A DNA stretch of 64,000 nucleotides from Thermodesulfobacteriota bacterium (GTDB lineage: Bacteria > Desulfobacterota_D > UBA1144 > Nemesobacterales > UBA2774): the NCBI GenBank assembly GCA_965223335.1, contig OZ244991.1, positions 1,216,001 to 1,280,000 of the forward strand, in the 5' to 3' direction. Below are positions 8,625 to 18,174 of the stretch, piece by piece. The notes beneath the pieces are model-generated. The model made no database searches and had not been told where the DNA came from. It was given only the letters and a program-made list of their open reading frames with translations. Both the position numbers and the translations under genes were made by a program. Numbering within the stretch: position 1 is the first letter of the stretch; each line of letters starts with the position of its first letter.

Positions 8625-9848
8625 CTACAAAATAAATCCCCACACAGTCTGTATCACCAAAAAACCTATGCACAGTATAAACCCCAGTATAGGGACAGCT
8701 AGGGGATAAGTCTTTACTCCCTCGGGGTGCGGGTTCTTAAGTTTAAGCCAGATAAGCGATAGGTTCATAAGAGCAAACACCGCAAGCGTGATCGTGCTTG
8801 AGATCTCAGCCAGATTCAGTAACGGCAGCCATAACGCCAGTACGAGTATTGCTATGGTAATTGTGGCAGTGGCAATCACAGGGGTTCTCGTTATCCGGTT
8901 CACAGACGAAAATATGCGCGGTGCCATCGAGCGTTTCCCCATCCCATAGAGTATCCGCGACCCCATAATAATCTGTATCAATGCCCCGTTTACAACTGCC
9001 AAGATGCTCACCGCACTAATGGGCTTTGGGGATAGATCTGTTTTGTGCTCGAATATAGCTGCCAGGGGTGATTTGCTTGCGGCCAGGATTTCAAGCGGCA
9101 GTGAGAGCACAGCCGCGAGCGAGACCAGCAGATATAATAGGGTTGTGACCATAAGAGCAATGATTATTGCAATAGGCAGGTTGCGTCTAGGGTCCTTAGT
9201 TTCCTCGGCCACGTTAACTATGTCTTCAAAACCCACAAACGCATAGAAGGCCAGAAACGCGCCTAGCGATATTGCAATCCAGCTCCCTGCCTCCAAGGGC
9301 GGTAACAGCTCGTCTGTTCTACTCCCAAGCTCTGCGAACGATCCACCCGCAACTACTATTACAGACACAAGGCCTATGATCTCTATTATGGTTATAATCG
9401 CCGCCGCGGTTACAGATTCCGTTATACCCCACGACGCCAGCGCTCCCAGAGTGATTACCAGCAGTACAATAGCCAGCCACTCAGGGGTGTTGAAAAAGAT
9501 CTGAAAATATCCCACAAATCCCTTGGATATAGTCGCGGCCGATACGGTTCCTATTGCCACCACCGACCATCCCACCACAGCCGATACAAAGCGCAGCGAA
9601 AATGCCTCTTGGGCATACACCGCCTCCCCCGCACTCTGGGGGTGCCTGGAAGAAAGCTCGGCATAGGAAAATGCTGTAAACCCGGCTATTACCGATGCCA
9701 CAAGGAACGACAATGGGACATACATCCCCGCCTTCCCCGCAACCTCTCCTATCAGCACATATATCCCTGCTCCTAAAATAGTGCCAATGCCATAAAGTGC
9801 CACCATGGGCACCGACAACGATCGTTTTAAAGAAGGTGTGTCTGGAAT
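8625..9848 (-). CDS. APC family amino acid permease (start uncertain: ATT 9848 or TTG 9818)
   Basis: LKRSL....YGIGTILGAGIY, YAELSSR.P.SAGE, FYAFVGFE and AEETKDP.R.LP; about 12 TMs. Confidence 0.9.
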   Translation of the reverse strand: MPDTPSLKRSLSVPMVALYGIGTILGAGIYVLIGEVAGKAGMYVPLSFLVASVIAGFTAFSYAELSSRHPQSAGEAVYAQEAFSLRFVSAVVGWSVVAIGTVSAATISKGFVGYFQIFFNTPEWLAIVLLVITLGALASWGITESVTAAAIITIIEIIGLVSVIVVAGGSFAELGSRTDELLPPLEAGSWIAISLGAFLAFYAFVGFEDIVNVAEETKDPRRNLPIAIIIALMVTTLLYLLVSLAAVLSLPLEILAASKSPLAAIFEHKTDLSPKPISAVSILAVVNGALIQIIMGSRILYGMGKRSMAPRIFSSVNRITRTPVIATATITIAILVLALWLPLLNLAEISSTITLAVFALMNLSLIWLKLKNPHPEGVKTYPLAVPILGFILCIGFLVIQTVWGFIL

Positions 9849-9942
9849 TTTTATTCCCCTGACCCAAATAATCTACATATAATTGAAAGTCATTGTAGAT
9901 TTTCGTACTGCTTCTCAGTAGCAACTATAAGACAATATGGCA

Positions 9943-10350
9943 TTAGTCTCTATCTTCTTCATCATGAAAATTCAAAGAACATGAATTAATACAATATCTA
10001 AGCCCTGTGGGTTTCGGACCGTCAGGAAATAGATGTCCGAGGTGTGCATCGCAGTTCTTACACATTACCTCTGTTCTCACCATTCCATAGCTGTTGTCGA
10101 TCTCTTGTTTGATATTAGTGCCGTCATGGGGTTCCCAAAAACTCGGCCATCCCGTGCCCGAATCATATTTTGTGTCGGAATGAAACAGTTTTTCCCCACA
10201 GCACTTACACACATATACACCTTTCTCTTTATGGTTGTGGTATTCACCGCTAAACGGTTTTTCAGTGCCCTTTTCCCTTGTTACGTGGTACTCTTCTTCC
10301 GTTAGCTGCTGACGCCATTTATCGTCCGATGTTTTTTCTTGTTTAGTCAT
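9943..10350 (-). CDS. msrB: Peptide-methionine (R)-S-oxide reductase
   Basis: [27 protein letters not shown] and RYCINS, with zinc-binding CxxC pairs. Confidence 0.96.
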   Translation of the reverse strand: MTKQEKTSDDKWRQQLTEEEYHVTREKGTEKPFSGEYHNHKEKGVYVCKCCGEKLFHSDTKYDSGTGWPSFWEPHDGTNIKQEIDNSYGMVRTEVMCKNCDAHLGHLFPDGPKPTGLRYCINSCSLNFHDEEDRD

Positions 10351-10419
10351 AGTATGAAATCTCCTTCCACCACCTCACTATGATTGCTTAAGCATAAAAT
10401 GATACAGCTCTACCCGGGT

Positions 10420-11997
10420 CTACGCAATCGATTTCTTGCCCCTTCGAGTGAAACTAAACCATGCAATAACTGCCGAGAGCCCGGACAATACACACGACAC
10501 ATACATCATTACCCTAAAACTGGCTAAAAAAGAGCTTTTCACTGCGTCTACTAATCTTGTGCGTGTCGGTTCCTCAATGTGCTCTGGTATCTCTATGCCG
10601 GCTAGTTTGATGCGCTGTTGGTCGATTATCTCCCTGGTCTCCACCCCTATCTCGATGGGTACTAGCTCACGGTCAAGCGCTTTATTGAACACGCTTAAAG
10701 CAAATACACCCAACACGGCAATTGCGAGCAACCCCGCTATTCTGCCTACCGAGTTATTAATCCCCGATGCTATCCCCGAATACTCCACATCTATGGAGCT
10801 CATTACCGCAGTCGTTAGAGGGGCAATTGTTATGGACATGCCTACTCCGAGTATGCTTATTGCAGGCAAGAACTCTATCCAGTAGCTCCCTCCGATCCCG
10901 GGGATGGTAAACACATAGTAGCCAACGGCAGTTATCAGCGTGCCTATTACCAACGGCATCTTTGCCCCGTACCTAACCACTAATCCTCCCGCCCATCGCG
11001 AGAATAGAAACAGTGCTAGAATTAAGGGCAGGAAAGCAACCCCTACTCCCGCTGCCGAATACCCTTGGAGTTGTATTAGGTTAAACGGGATGAAGAAAAT
11101 CGCTGAGCCCCAGGCTCCCCAGTATAGGAGTGTCAAAAGGTTTGCACCCGAGAATGCCTTGGATCTAAATAAACTAAGGGGCATCATCGGATTCGGGGTG
11201 CGGTATTCGGTAATAATAAACGCTATTAATCCCACAGCCCCTATAATGAACGATATGACTACTTTTGGGTGCGAGAAACCGATATTTGCCGAATCAATCA
11301 GCCCGAAAACTATCCCGCCCAGGCCCAAGATAGCAAATATAGACCCGAGCCAATCGAGTCTGCCGCCGTTATCGTCCTTCGAGCTCTCAGGTATACGCAT
11401 GTAAAGTGTGGCCAGTACTACAAAGGCAATCGGTACATTTATGAAAAACACATAACGCCACGATAGATTTTCAGATAACCAGCCTCCAAGGATCGGACCA
11501 AGTGCCGTAGTAATTGCTGTGAAAGCCGACCATGTGCCAATGGCCCTTCCGCGCTCCCGTTCATCAAAAAACACTGTGACGATGGCAAGACTCCCCGGCA
11601 CCAATAGTGCACCGCCTACCCCCTGGAACCCTCTTGCGATAATCAACTGGCTTGTGTTCTGCGAGAGCCCGCACCAAATTGACGATGCCGTGAATAGCAC
11701 TATGCCGATTGCAAATATTAAGCGGCGCCCGTACTTGTCTCCCAACGCCCCCCCGAGAAGCATCAAGGATGACATAAACAGCGCATAGGACTCGATTATC
11801 CACTGCACCTGTGGGATGGTGGCTCCCAGTTCCCTTTGCAGCACAGGCAGTATTACATTCATAGCCGTGCTGTCTATGAACGCCATACTCGAGCCTAGGA
11901 TCGTTGCAACTAAAACCCACTTTCCTGCGCTGGTCGATATTTTGGGGAATTTATTTGAGTCTTCTGTTTCCGTGTTCTCGCTTATCCGATTACCCAT
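10420..11997 (-). CDS. MFS transporter, DHA2 (14-TM, EmrB/QacA-like)
   Basis: D.T.MNV.LP, GGALGDKYGRR, RGFQGVGGA and GPILGGWL....SWRY.FFINVP. Confidence 0.92.
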   Translation of the reverse strand: MGNRISENTETEDSNKFPKISTSAGKWVLVATILGSSMAFIDSTAMNVILPVLQRELGATIPQVQWIIESYALFMSSLMLLGGALGDKYGRRLIFAIGIVLFTASSIWCGLSQNTSQLIIARGFQGVGGALLVPGSLAIVTVFFDERERGRAIGTWSAFTAITTALGPILGGWLSENLSWRYVFFINVPIAFVVLATLYMRIPESSKDDNGGRLDWLGSIFAILGLGGIVFGLIDSANIGFSHPKVVISFIIGAVGLIAFIITEYRTPNPMMPLSLFRSKAFSGANLLTLLYWGAWGSAIFFIPFNLIQLQGYSAAGVGVAFLPLILALFLFSRWAGGLVVRYGAKMPLVIGTLITAVGYYVFTIPGIGGSYWIEFLPAISILGVGMSITIAPLTTAVMSSIDVEYSGIASGINNSVGRIAGLLAIAVLGVFALSVFNKALDRELVPIEIGVETREIIDQQRIKLAGIEIPEHIEEPTRTRLVDAVKSSFLASFRVMMYVSCVLSGLSAVIAWFSFTRRGKKSIA

Positions 11998-12117
11998 ATA
12001 CAGTCACACCTAAATGTTCTTTATGCCCGGGGCAATGTCAAACTAAGTATTTAGGTAAGCAAAAGCTATACCGTGTAGAAGTCAGATGGCAACACCGGGT
12101 TCGTAGTATGCTGCTTG

Positions 12118-13464
12118 TTATGGTGGGAAGCACTCACCAAAGGATTTTAATAGTTTTATCGGGCCTTTAACACGTATCTTTCTAGACAGCAGCGCACCGA
12201 GTATACCTGCTTCTTTTCTTATAAAACTCAACCAGCGCTCCGCATCGGCATGTATCACAGAGTCGGCCTTACCAATGTGATCGGGCTCTATCCCAAGGGT
12301 TTTATCCTTAATCGTAATTGTGTATTTCTTTTCCGTTTCACCTGTAAAGGTAAAGTGATAAACGGCGTTTAGATCCTTTGACCTCTCCCTTTGAAATATA
12401 AGTCGGAGACCCGTTATAAAGTCATCAATCGTGTGCGGGCGAAGCGCGTTTGAGACTCTCTTTGTCTTTTTGTGTTGAAACCTCTTTTTTACATAGAGTT
12501 CCGGGTCTGAGTTCGGTATAACATAGACGGTCTCGGTTTTATCTTGAAACGGTCTAACGACCTCATCTAGGTAATGGGCCCTGTTTTCTAGGAACGGCCC
12601 AATGACATCTTCACCGGCTGGGCACACGGCTATGCAGTTGGCCGCTTTGTAGTTGGCTCCGTAGGTTATGCTCTGCCACATTGATACAGTCTCGGGGTCA
12701 GATACCCTAGCTCTGTACTCACGCGCGTCTTTGCTCTCCGCAAGGTTCTCTATCCAGTCTTGGAACCCGCTCATGAACTCTCTGTAGTTATGTGTGTAGC
12801 AGGCCGAGAAGTCAAAATAGCCATCGGGGTGGATCGCACCTGTGGGGCATGCGGCTACACATAGCTTGCACTTTAAGCATGGGTTGTAGTCAATGGGGCT
12901 ACTATATTTTGCAACCCTGTTTTCGAGTAGAATGGTACCAAGCAGTATATAGTTGCCGAACTTCGGGTGAATTACGTTCCTATGTATACCCATCATCCCG
13001 AGCCCTGCAGCCACAGCAACAACCTTGTGCGAAACTGTCCAGATCTTCCCCGATCCCCACCTGCTCATCTCCATCGGAAAAGCCATTGCGGGGTTAACTG
13101 CACGGATTCCTCTGTTTTCTAATTCGGTGACGATATCCCGGCACACATCGTTTATCTTATGCCCTGTGCTGTGGAACTCTGTGTTGGCCACAGACCTTGC
13201 CGGGCTTCTTACTGGTTCACGGTTCATTCTACACACTATGCTTATGAGGCTACGGGTGGGTGAAAATGCCTCCATAATGTGCTCTCTGTCTTTATCGAGT
13301 TCCGGTATATCTATATTTACAAAGCCGACATCATCTGCGCCAGCCTTGAGGCAGAGGTCTTTCAATTGATTATGATCTAGAATCTCGTCACTTTTATGTG
13401 TGTGCTGCGAAGAGACATGCTTGCGGTATTTTATCACTGTGGGATGATCGTTTAATTTTGCCAT
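12118..13464 (-). CDS. QueG/reductive-dehalogenase-like cobalamin-Fe-S protein with C-terminal SCP2 domain
   Basis: GADDVGFV, SHKVVAVAAGLG..G..R.VIHPKFG...LG, CLKCKLCVAACP and NCIAVCP. The C-terminal YHFTFTG...I.IKD.....AD..I.AD...W......AL...KIRVKG...L is SCP2-like. Confidence 0.78.
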   Translation of the reverse strand: MAKLNDHPTVIKYRKHVSSQHTHKSDEILDHNQLKDLCLKAGADDVGFVNIDIPELDKDREHIMEAFSPTRSLISIVCRMNREPVRSPARSVANTEFHSTGHKINDVCRDIVTELENRGIRAVNPAMAFPMEMSRWGSGKIWTVSHKVVAVAAGLGMMGIHRNVIHPKFGNYILLGTILLENRVAKYSSPIDYNPCLKCKLCVAACPTGAIHPDGYFDFSACYTHNYREFMSGFQDWIENLAESKDAREYRARVSDPETVSMWQSITYGANYKAANCIAVCPAGEDVIGPFLENRAHYLDEVVRPFQDKTETVYVIPNSDPELYVKKRFQHKKTKRVSNALRPHTIDDFITGLRLIFQRERSKDLNAVYHFTFTGETEKKYTITIKDKTLGIEPDHIGKADSVIHADAERWLSFIRKEAGILGALLSRKIRVKGPIKLLKSFGECFPP

Positions 13465-13496
13465 CTACATTTCCTCTGCCTCATTTATTTGATTTG

Positions 13497-14354
13497 CTAT
13501 ACAGCTTTGGTGTGTTGGAAGGTCTTGCCGTTATATGTGCCCAATACACGTGAGATCACTTTGTTGGGGAGCAGTCTTACTACCGCATCACCCAGAGTCG
13601 GTGAGATAGCATCGGCAGCTAGCAGGAAATTGGGTTGGAACGGTACTATAATCCGCGCGTGGTTATGATGCACTCCGTTTAAGACTGCATCGGCTACAGC
13701 TTTGGCCGATAGAGGTGTCATTCTGCGAAATGGAGGGGGCATGTCTTCGGGGCTTACATTATCGAATAGCGAGGTCTGTGTGAGACCCGGGTGGATGGTG
13801 GACACATTAATATCGGTTCCGTGGAGCTCTTGGCGTAGTGCATCTGTGAATGCTGTAATTGCATGCATTGCAGCCGAGTAGCCGCCGAACTTGGGGAACG
13901 CCTTTCTGCCCACAATCGACGACATGTTTATAATATGGCCCTTGCCGCTTTTCTTCATAATCCCCAGGATTACACTCGTGGTATTTACCGTTCCAAAGAA
14001 ATCTGTGTCCATCATCTGCTTGGTGTCTTCCATAAAATCGGGGCTATCTATGGGGCCGACAAAGGTCCTCCCGGCGTTGTTAAAGAGTATATCGACCCTG
14101 CCAAATTTGTTAACCACTGCGCGGGCCATAGAGCTTACTTCTTCGCGGGAGGAGACATCGGTCGGAACTACAAACGAGCTGCCCCCGGTTTTATCTATCT
14201 GCTCAGCCACCTTATTCAATTTATCCAAAGAGCGTGATACGAGGACGGTTTTAGCACCCTCCTTAGCAAATGCGATTGCGGTCTCTCGTCCTATACCGCT
14301 CGATGCACCTGTCACAACCACTACTCTGTCCTCAAACCTATTTTGCTTATACAT
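13497..14354 (-). CDS. Short-chain dehydrogenase/reductase (atypical YxxxM active site)
   Basis: TGASSGIG, NNAG and MSS, with YSAAM in place of YxxxK, followed by ALRQEL and IHPG.T.T. AGGAGG SD. Confidence 0.9.
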   Translation of the reverse strand: MYKQNRFEDRVVVVTGASSGIGRETAIAFAKEGAKTVLVSRSLDKLNKVAEQIDKTGGSSFVVPTDVSSREEVSSMARAVVNKFGRVDILFNNAGRTFVGPIDSPDFMEDTKQMMDTDFFGTVNTTSVILGIMKKSGKGHIINMSSIVGRKAFPKFGGYSAAMHAITAFTDALRQELHGTDINVSTIHPGLTQTSLFDNVSPEDMPPPFRRMTPLSAKAVADAVLNGVHHNHARIIVPFQPNFLLAADAISPTLGDAVVRLLPNKVISRVLGTYNGKTFQHTKAV

Positions 14355-14372
14355 ATTAAGACCTCCTTATAT

Positions 14373-14390
14373 TACGTGCATATACACATA
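14373..14390. promoter_or_regulatory. Palindromic operator copy 1 (candidate MarR site)
   Basis: TACGTGCATATACACATA, an imperfect palindrome (14/18) just upstream of the SDR SD. Confidence 0.65.
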
Positions 14391-14405
14391 TATATTTAAA
14401 TTTTT

Positions 14406-14879
14406 TTATACACTCTGCGACCTTGCCACGAGCTCTCTTAGGTTAGAGATGGTGGCGGTCCATTTTCCTTTGCCCATCATTTTTTTTATTTTATCCTGAG
14501 TTTGTTTCCAGTAGGGTAGCGAGCGTTCAAGCGTGTCCTCGCCCTTTTTTGTTATCTCTATGTAGCGGGTCCTCTTGTCTTTGCCCGACTTAACTGTAAT
14601 GAGCCCGTTTTTCTCAAGCGGGTTTAGGTTGCGGGCAAGTGTGGTGCGGTCGGTCACGATTTTTTCTGCCAAAACAGATATCGTTACGGGCCCAAATACC
14701 TTGATGTGAACAAGCATGGTGAACTGTGTACCCCGTAACCCTAAGGGGCGTAGCGCATCGTCAAAAAGTTGTGTGACCGAGCGCGATGCTTTACGAAGGT
14801 TAAAACATGTGCAGTCCGCACACTCCGCGAGGTTCTCTAAATTTGGACTGCTTAGCGATGATTTATTATGAGCTGCCAT
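14406..14879 (-). CDS. MarR family transcriptional regulator with N-terminal CxxCxC
   Basis: CADCTCFNLRKASR, GL..TQF..L, D.TTL.RNL..LE..GLI and DKR.R.I.IT.KG. Confidence 0.92.
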   Translation of the reverse strand: MAAHNKSSLSSPNLENLAECADCTCFNLRKASRSVTQLFDDALRPLGLRGTQFTMLVHIKVFGPVTISVLAEKIVTDRTTLARNLNPLEKNGLITVKSGKDKRTRYIEITKKGEDTLERSLPYWKQTQDKIKKMMGKGKWTATISNLRELVARSQSV

Positions 14880-14884
14880 ACATT

Positions 14885-14917
14885 TACGAGTATATACACA
14901 TATTAATTAAAAGTCAA
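14885..14917 (-). promoter_or_regulatory. marR sigma70 promoter overlapped by operator copy 2
   Basis: TTGACT-17-TATACT on the minus strand. TACGAGTATATACACATA (14885-14902) is 16/18 identical to copy 1 and covers the -10. Confidence 0.7.
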
Positions 14918-14946
14918 TCCGTTTTTTACCAAATAATTCTTTAAAT

Positions 14947-14972
14947 ATTAGGGGCGGGTGTCCGCCCCTAAT
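14947..14972 (-). terminator. Hairpin downstream of trxA (probable intrinsic terminator)
   Basis: Perfect 11-bp inverted repeat ATTAGGGGCGG-N4-CCGCCCCTAAT right after the trxA stop. Confidence 0.75.
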
Positions 14973-14975
14973 TTG

Positions 14976-15317
14976 CTATGCAGTGGCGTTTTCAACCAGA
15001 GAGTTCTCGATTGACTCGGATAGATGATCCTTGGGTAGCGCACCTACGATACGGTCTATGGGCTCACCGTTTCTAAACAGTAGCAGTGTCGGTATGCTGC
15101 GAATCTGGTAGAGTGCTGCGGTACTTGGGTTTTCATCGACATTTAATTTCATAACCTCAATTTTCCCATCGTACTCCTCTGCCAGCTCTTCTATTACAGG
15201 CGCAAGTGCGCGGCACGGCCCGCACCACGATGCCCAAAAATCTACCAGAACCGGCAGTTCTGAACTTAAAACCTTTTCATCAAAATCGTTGTCTGTAATC
15301 TGCGTTACTTTGCTCAT
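14976..15317 (-). CDS. trxA: Thioredoxin
   Basis: [13 protein letters not shown] and [18 protein letters not shown]. Confidence 0.96.
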   Translation of the reverse strand: MSKVTQITDNDFDEKVLSSELPVLVDFWASWCGPCRALAPVIEELAEEYDGKIEVMKLNVDENPSTAALYQIRSIPTLLLFRNGEPIDRIVGALPKDHLSESIENSLVENATA

Positions 15318-15495
15318 TTCGTTTACCTCCTACACTCAAATTAAATTGTCGAATATTTAGATAACAAACAATATAAAAGGATTCAGAGTAAGTTTTTAAG
15401 TGTTTGGAACCAGCAGTTGGGATAAACAAAGTGCCTAAAACCGAAAAATGTATATGTGCTATACTTTAGGGAATAATTGGTGGAGATAATAATCC

Positions 15496-16200
15496 ATGCT
15501 GGATATTAAGGACCTTGATCTAAAAGACGTTGGTAATCTAAACAACTTCTCTGGGTGTGTGCCACTGTTCCCGCTCTCTACGGTAGTGTTCTTCCCCAAC
15601 ACATTATTACCCCTACATATCTTTGAACCTCGCTACAAACAGATGATTAACGATACGATGTCGGGGGAAAAGATCATAGCAATGGCACTATTCAAACCGG
15701 GATGGGAGAAGGATTATTACGGCAACCCGGACGTTTATACCGTAACCGGGATCGGACGTATAGTGAGTTCGGAGACTATAGATGACGGCAAGTACAATAT
15801 AGTCCTCTACGGATTAAAACGAGCAAGGATAACTAACATCGTTAAGGAAAAACCTTACCGATTGGCCGAGGTCGAATTGGTTGAAAATGAGTTTGGTACT
15901 ACAGATGATATATACAGACAAAAAATAGCTGACCTGGTTACAAGGTGGAATTTTTTGTTAGATGATAATGAAAAATCACATAGGATAGACGTAAACACAT
16001 CGCTTCCTTTAGAGAATCTGACCGATGCACTGGCTACGTTGGTAATATCAAATGTGTTTGATAAACAGCGGTATATGGAAGAACCGCGTGTGGAGAGCCG
16101 GGCAAAGATGCTGATTGCATTTCTCCAAACAAGGCTCGATATGATTACCATCACCTCGAGAAAAAGAGATCAGATAATAGAGAAAAGAAACCTAAATTAA
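15496..16200 (+). CDS. Stand-alone Lon N-terminal (substrate-binding) domain protein
   Basis: PLFPL..V.FP...LPLHIFEPRYK.M; no AAA or protease domain. Confidence 0.88.
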   Translation: MLDIKDLDLKDVGNLNNFSGCVPLFPLSTVVFFPNTLLPLHIFEPRYKQMINDTMSGEKIIAMALFKPGWEKDYYGNPDVYTVTGIGRIVSSETIDDGKYNIVLYGLKRARITNIVKEKPYRLAEVELVENEFGTTDDIYRQKIADLVTRWNFLLDDNEKSHRIDVNTSLPLENLTDALATLVISNVFDKQRYMEEPRVESRAKMLIAFLQTRLDMITITSRKRDQIIEKRNLN

Positions 16201-16203
16201 CGG

Positions 16204-16998
16204 CTAGTCGTCAATAAATTCGAGCACAGCTCTATCGACTTCAGGCTGGCGTTCCCGCCAAAACCCGTGACCCACATCCTCAAATATTAAAAGCTTTGAA
16301 TCCGGGATAAGCTCCGCAAGTTCCCTGGATCTATCGGGGGATGCAATCATATCCGTAGCCCCCAACATAACCAGAGTAGGTGCGTTTATAGTGTGTAAAT
16401 GAGTGCGGGTGTCGTGTTGCTCGCACGCGTTACTCTGACCTTTGTAGCCGCTTAGTGCTTCATCGGATTCTTCCAGATAACTCATTGCTGTTTTAATACT
16501 CTCGATGTTGTTCTCTATATATTTTCTAGTGTATCCCAAAAAAAGTGCCATTAACCAAACGGTTTTCATGCCGGATTTCTCTGCAATCTCGCGTCCGACT
16601 CGAAGGATCTCATTGCCCACCTGGTCCCTGGACGCCGAGCTGCAACCCATCACAAGTTTAAGCACCCTATCCGGATAATCTATACCTATCCACTGCGCTA
16701 TCATCCCGCCCATGGACTTGCCCACAAAAAATGCCATTTCCACACCCAAGTGGTCGAGCAGTGCTATGGTGTCAGCTGCCATATCGCGTGTAGTGTAAGG
16801 ATCGAGAGGCTTTTCAGATTTCCCGGCCCCACGGTTATCAAAAACAATCACTCTGTATTGTTTTGAATATAGCGGTACCTGTGTAGCCCAGCTCGTGATT
16901 TGGCTACCTAGGCCTCCGATTAATACAACGCACGGACGAGACGGGTCGCCGTGGCTCTCGTAATTTATATTAATACCGTTTACCTCTGCTATCGGCAA
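16204..16998 (-). CDS. Alpha/beta fold hydrolase
   Basis: FDNRGAGKS, the GKSMGG nucleophile elbow, G.TD and GH. Confidence 0.9.
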   Translation of the reverse strand: MPIAEVNGININYESHGDPSRPCVVLIGGLGSQITSWATQVPLYSKQYRVIVFDNRGAGKSEKPLDPYTTRDMAADTIALLDHLGVEMAFFVGKSMGGMIAQWIGIDYPDRVLKLVMGCSSASRDQVGNEILRVGREIAEKSGMKTVWLMALFLGYTRKYIENNIESIKTAMSYLEESDEALSGYKGQSNACEQHDTRTHLHTINAPTLVMLGATDMIASPDRSRELAELIPDSKLLIFEDVGHGFWRERQPEVDRAVLEFIDD

Positions 16999-17003
16999 TG
17001 TGC

Positions 17004-17432
17004 TTACTCCTTTTTACTAGATGGGATTTTTGATTCCAGGTACTCCCTCAATATTACTACGGCGGCTAGCTTATCGATGACTTTTTTTCGTTTTTTTCGG
17101 CTCACATCGGCTTCGAGCAAAGCCTTTTCTGCATGGGTGGTGGAGAAACTCTCGTCCCAGAAAACTATAGTCAGCGAAAACTCTTTTTCGATTGCCTTAG
17201 CAAATTTTTCTATATCTTTACCCCTTTTGGTGATATTCCCTTCGTCATCGTACGGCATGCCTACCACAATCTCGTTAGGTTCTAGTTCATTGATGATCTC
17301 TCGCAGTGCGGATATATCGTCACTAATACTCGTTCTCTTTACGGTTGTCACACCATTTGCAGTGATGCCTAGTTCATCACTTACTGCGACCCCAATGGTT
17401 TTTGTTCCTACATCAAGTGCCAGTGTCCGCAT
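17004..17432 (-). CDS. yqgF: YqgF/RuvX pre-16S rRNA nuclease
   Basis: LALDVG.K.IGVAVSD, VVGMP, WDE.FST..AE and ID..AA..IL..YL. Confidence 0.93.
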   Translation of the reverse strand: MRTLALDVGTKTIGVAVSDELGITANGVTTVKRTSISDDISALREIINELEPNEIVVGMPYDDEGNITKRGKDIEKFAKAIEKEFSLTIVFWDESFSTTHAEKALLEADVSRKKRKKVIDKLAAVVILREYLESKIPSSKKE

Positions 17433-17489
17433 GAGTGTTATAAATATACTAAGATTGGTAGAAGATTAAATTATTTTTCTTAGCAAGAT

Positions 17490-18104
17490 CTAAAAGCTTG
17501 AACCGGGTTTACTTAAAAACTCTATTTCTTCTTCTGAAGACACACGACCGAGTGTGTTGTTACGGTGTGGGTATCGCCCGAACCTCTCTATTATCTCAAA
17601 GTGCTTGAGAGCATAGTCTCTAGAGTTGGCAAGTAGTTGATGGAGTTCTTTCGGCTTTTCATACGATTTTTCGAGTTCACTAAAGTACTTGATGGATAGA
17701 TGTTGAATCCTAAGTTCTTCCGAATGCATTAAGGGCATCAGAAAAAATGACTGTTCTATGGGGTGGAGAGCTTTGTAGGAACAGTCCCCTGTACCACTTA
17801 GAGCTAACGAGAGGGCTTTGGGATCTCCTGAAAAAGCCTCAGGGGTGTCTCTAAAGATATTGCGTGTGAACTGGTCTAAGAGCAAAATAAGGGTTAATTT
17901 ACCTTTTATTGAGCTCTCCCAGTCTAATAGTTCGTCATTTAATGCAGTTCTTACCAATGATCCGAACCTGTTTTCTATCTCTCTATCTAGTGAGTCGTCT
18001 TTTACCCACCATTTTTTTATATAGTTGTCCTGTGGTGCGTCAAGTCCTTCCAACTCCCCGAACCAATAGACTAAAATAGAATTTTGTTCCTCGTTTCTTA
18101 CCAT
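17490..18104 (-). CDS. DUF924 family protein
   Basis: LLDQF.RN.FR..P.AF..D, MPLMHSE and H..IIERFGRYPHRN..LGR.S..EE. Confidence 0.92.
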   Translation of the reverse strand: MVRNEEQNSILVYWFGELEGLDAPQDNYIKKWWVKDDSLDREIENRFGSLVRTALNDELLDWESSIKGKLTLILLLDQFTRNIFRDTPEAFSGDPKALSLALSGTGDCSYKALHPIEQSFFLMPLMHSEELRIQHLSIKYFSELEKSYEKPKELHQLLANSRDYALKHFEIIERFGRYPHRNNTLGRVSSEEEIEFLSKPGSSF

Positions 18105-18174
18105 ATTTACACTATCTCCTGTATGATTTTACAGGGGATTTGAACGCGAATTTTAATAAATTTTAATTTTACCC

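Noticed and set aside
12118..13464. Respiratory reductive dehalogenase or canonical QueG
   Set aside because: No Tat signal or RdhB anchor; lacks the QueG GCDxCQxxCP motif and carries SCP2 instead.
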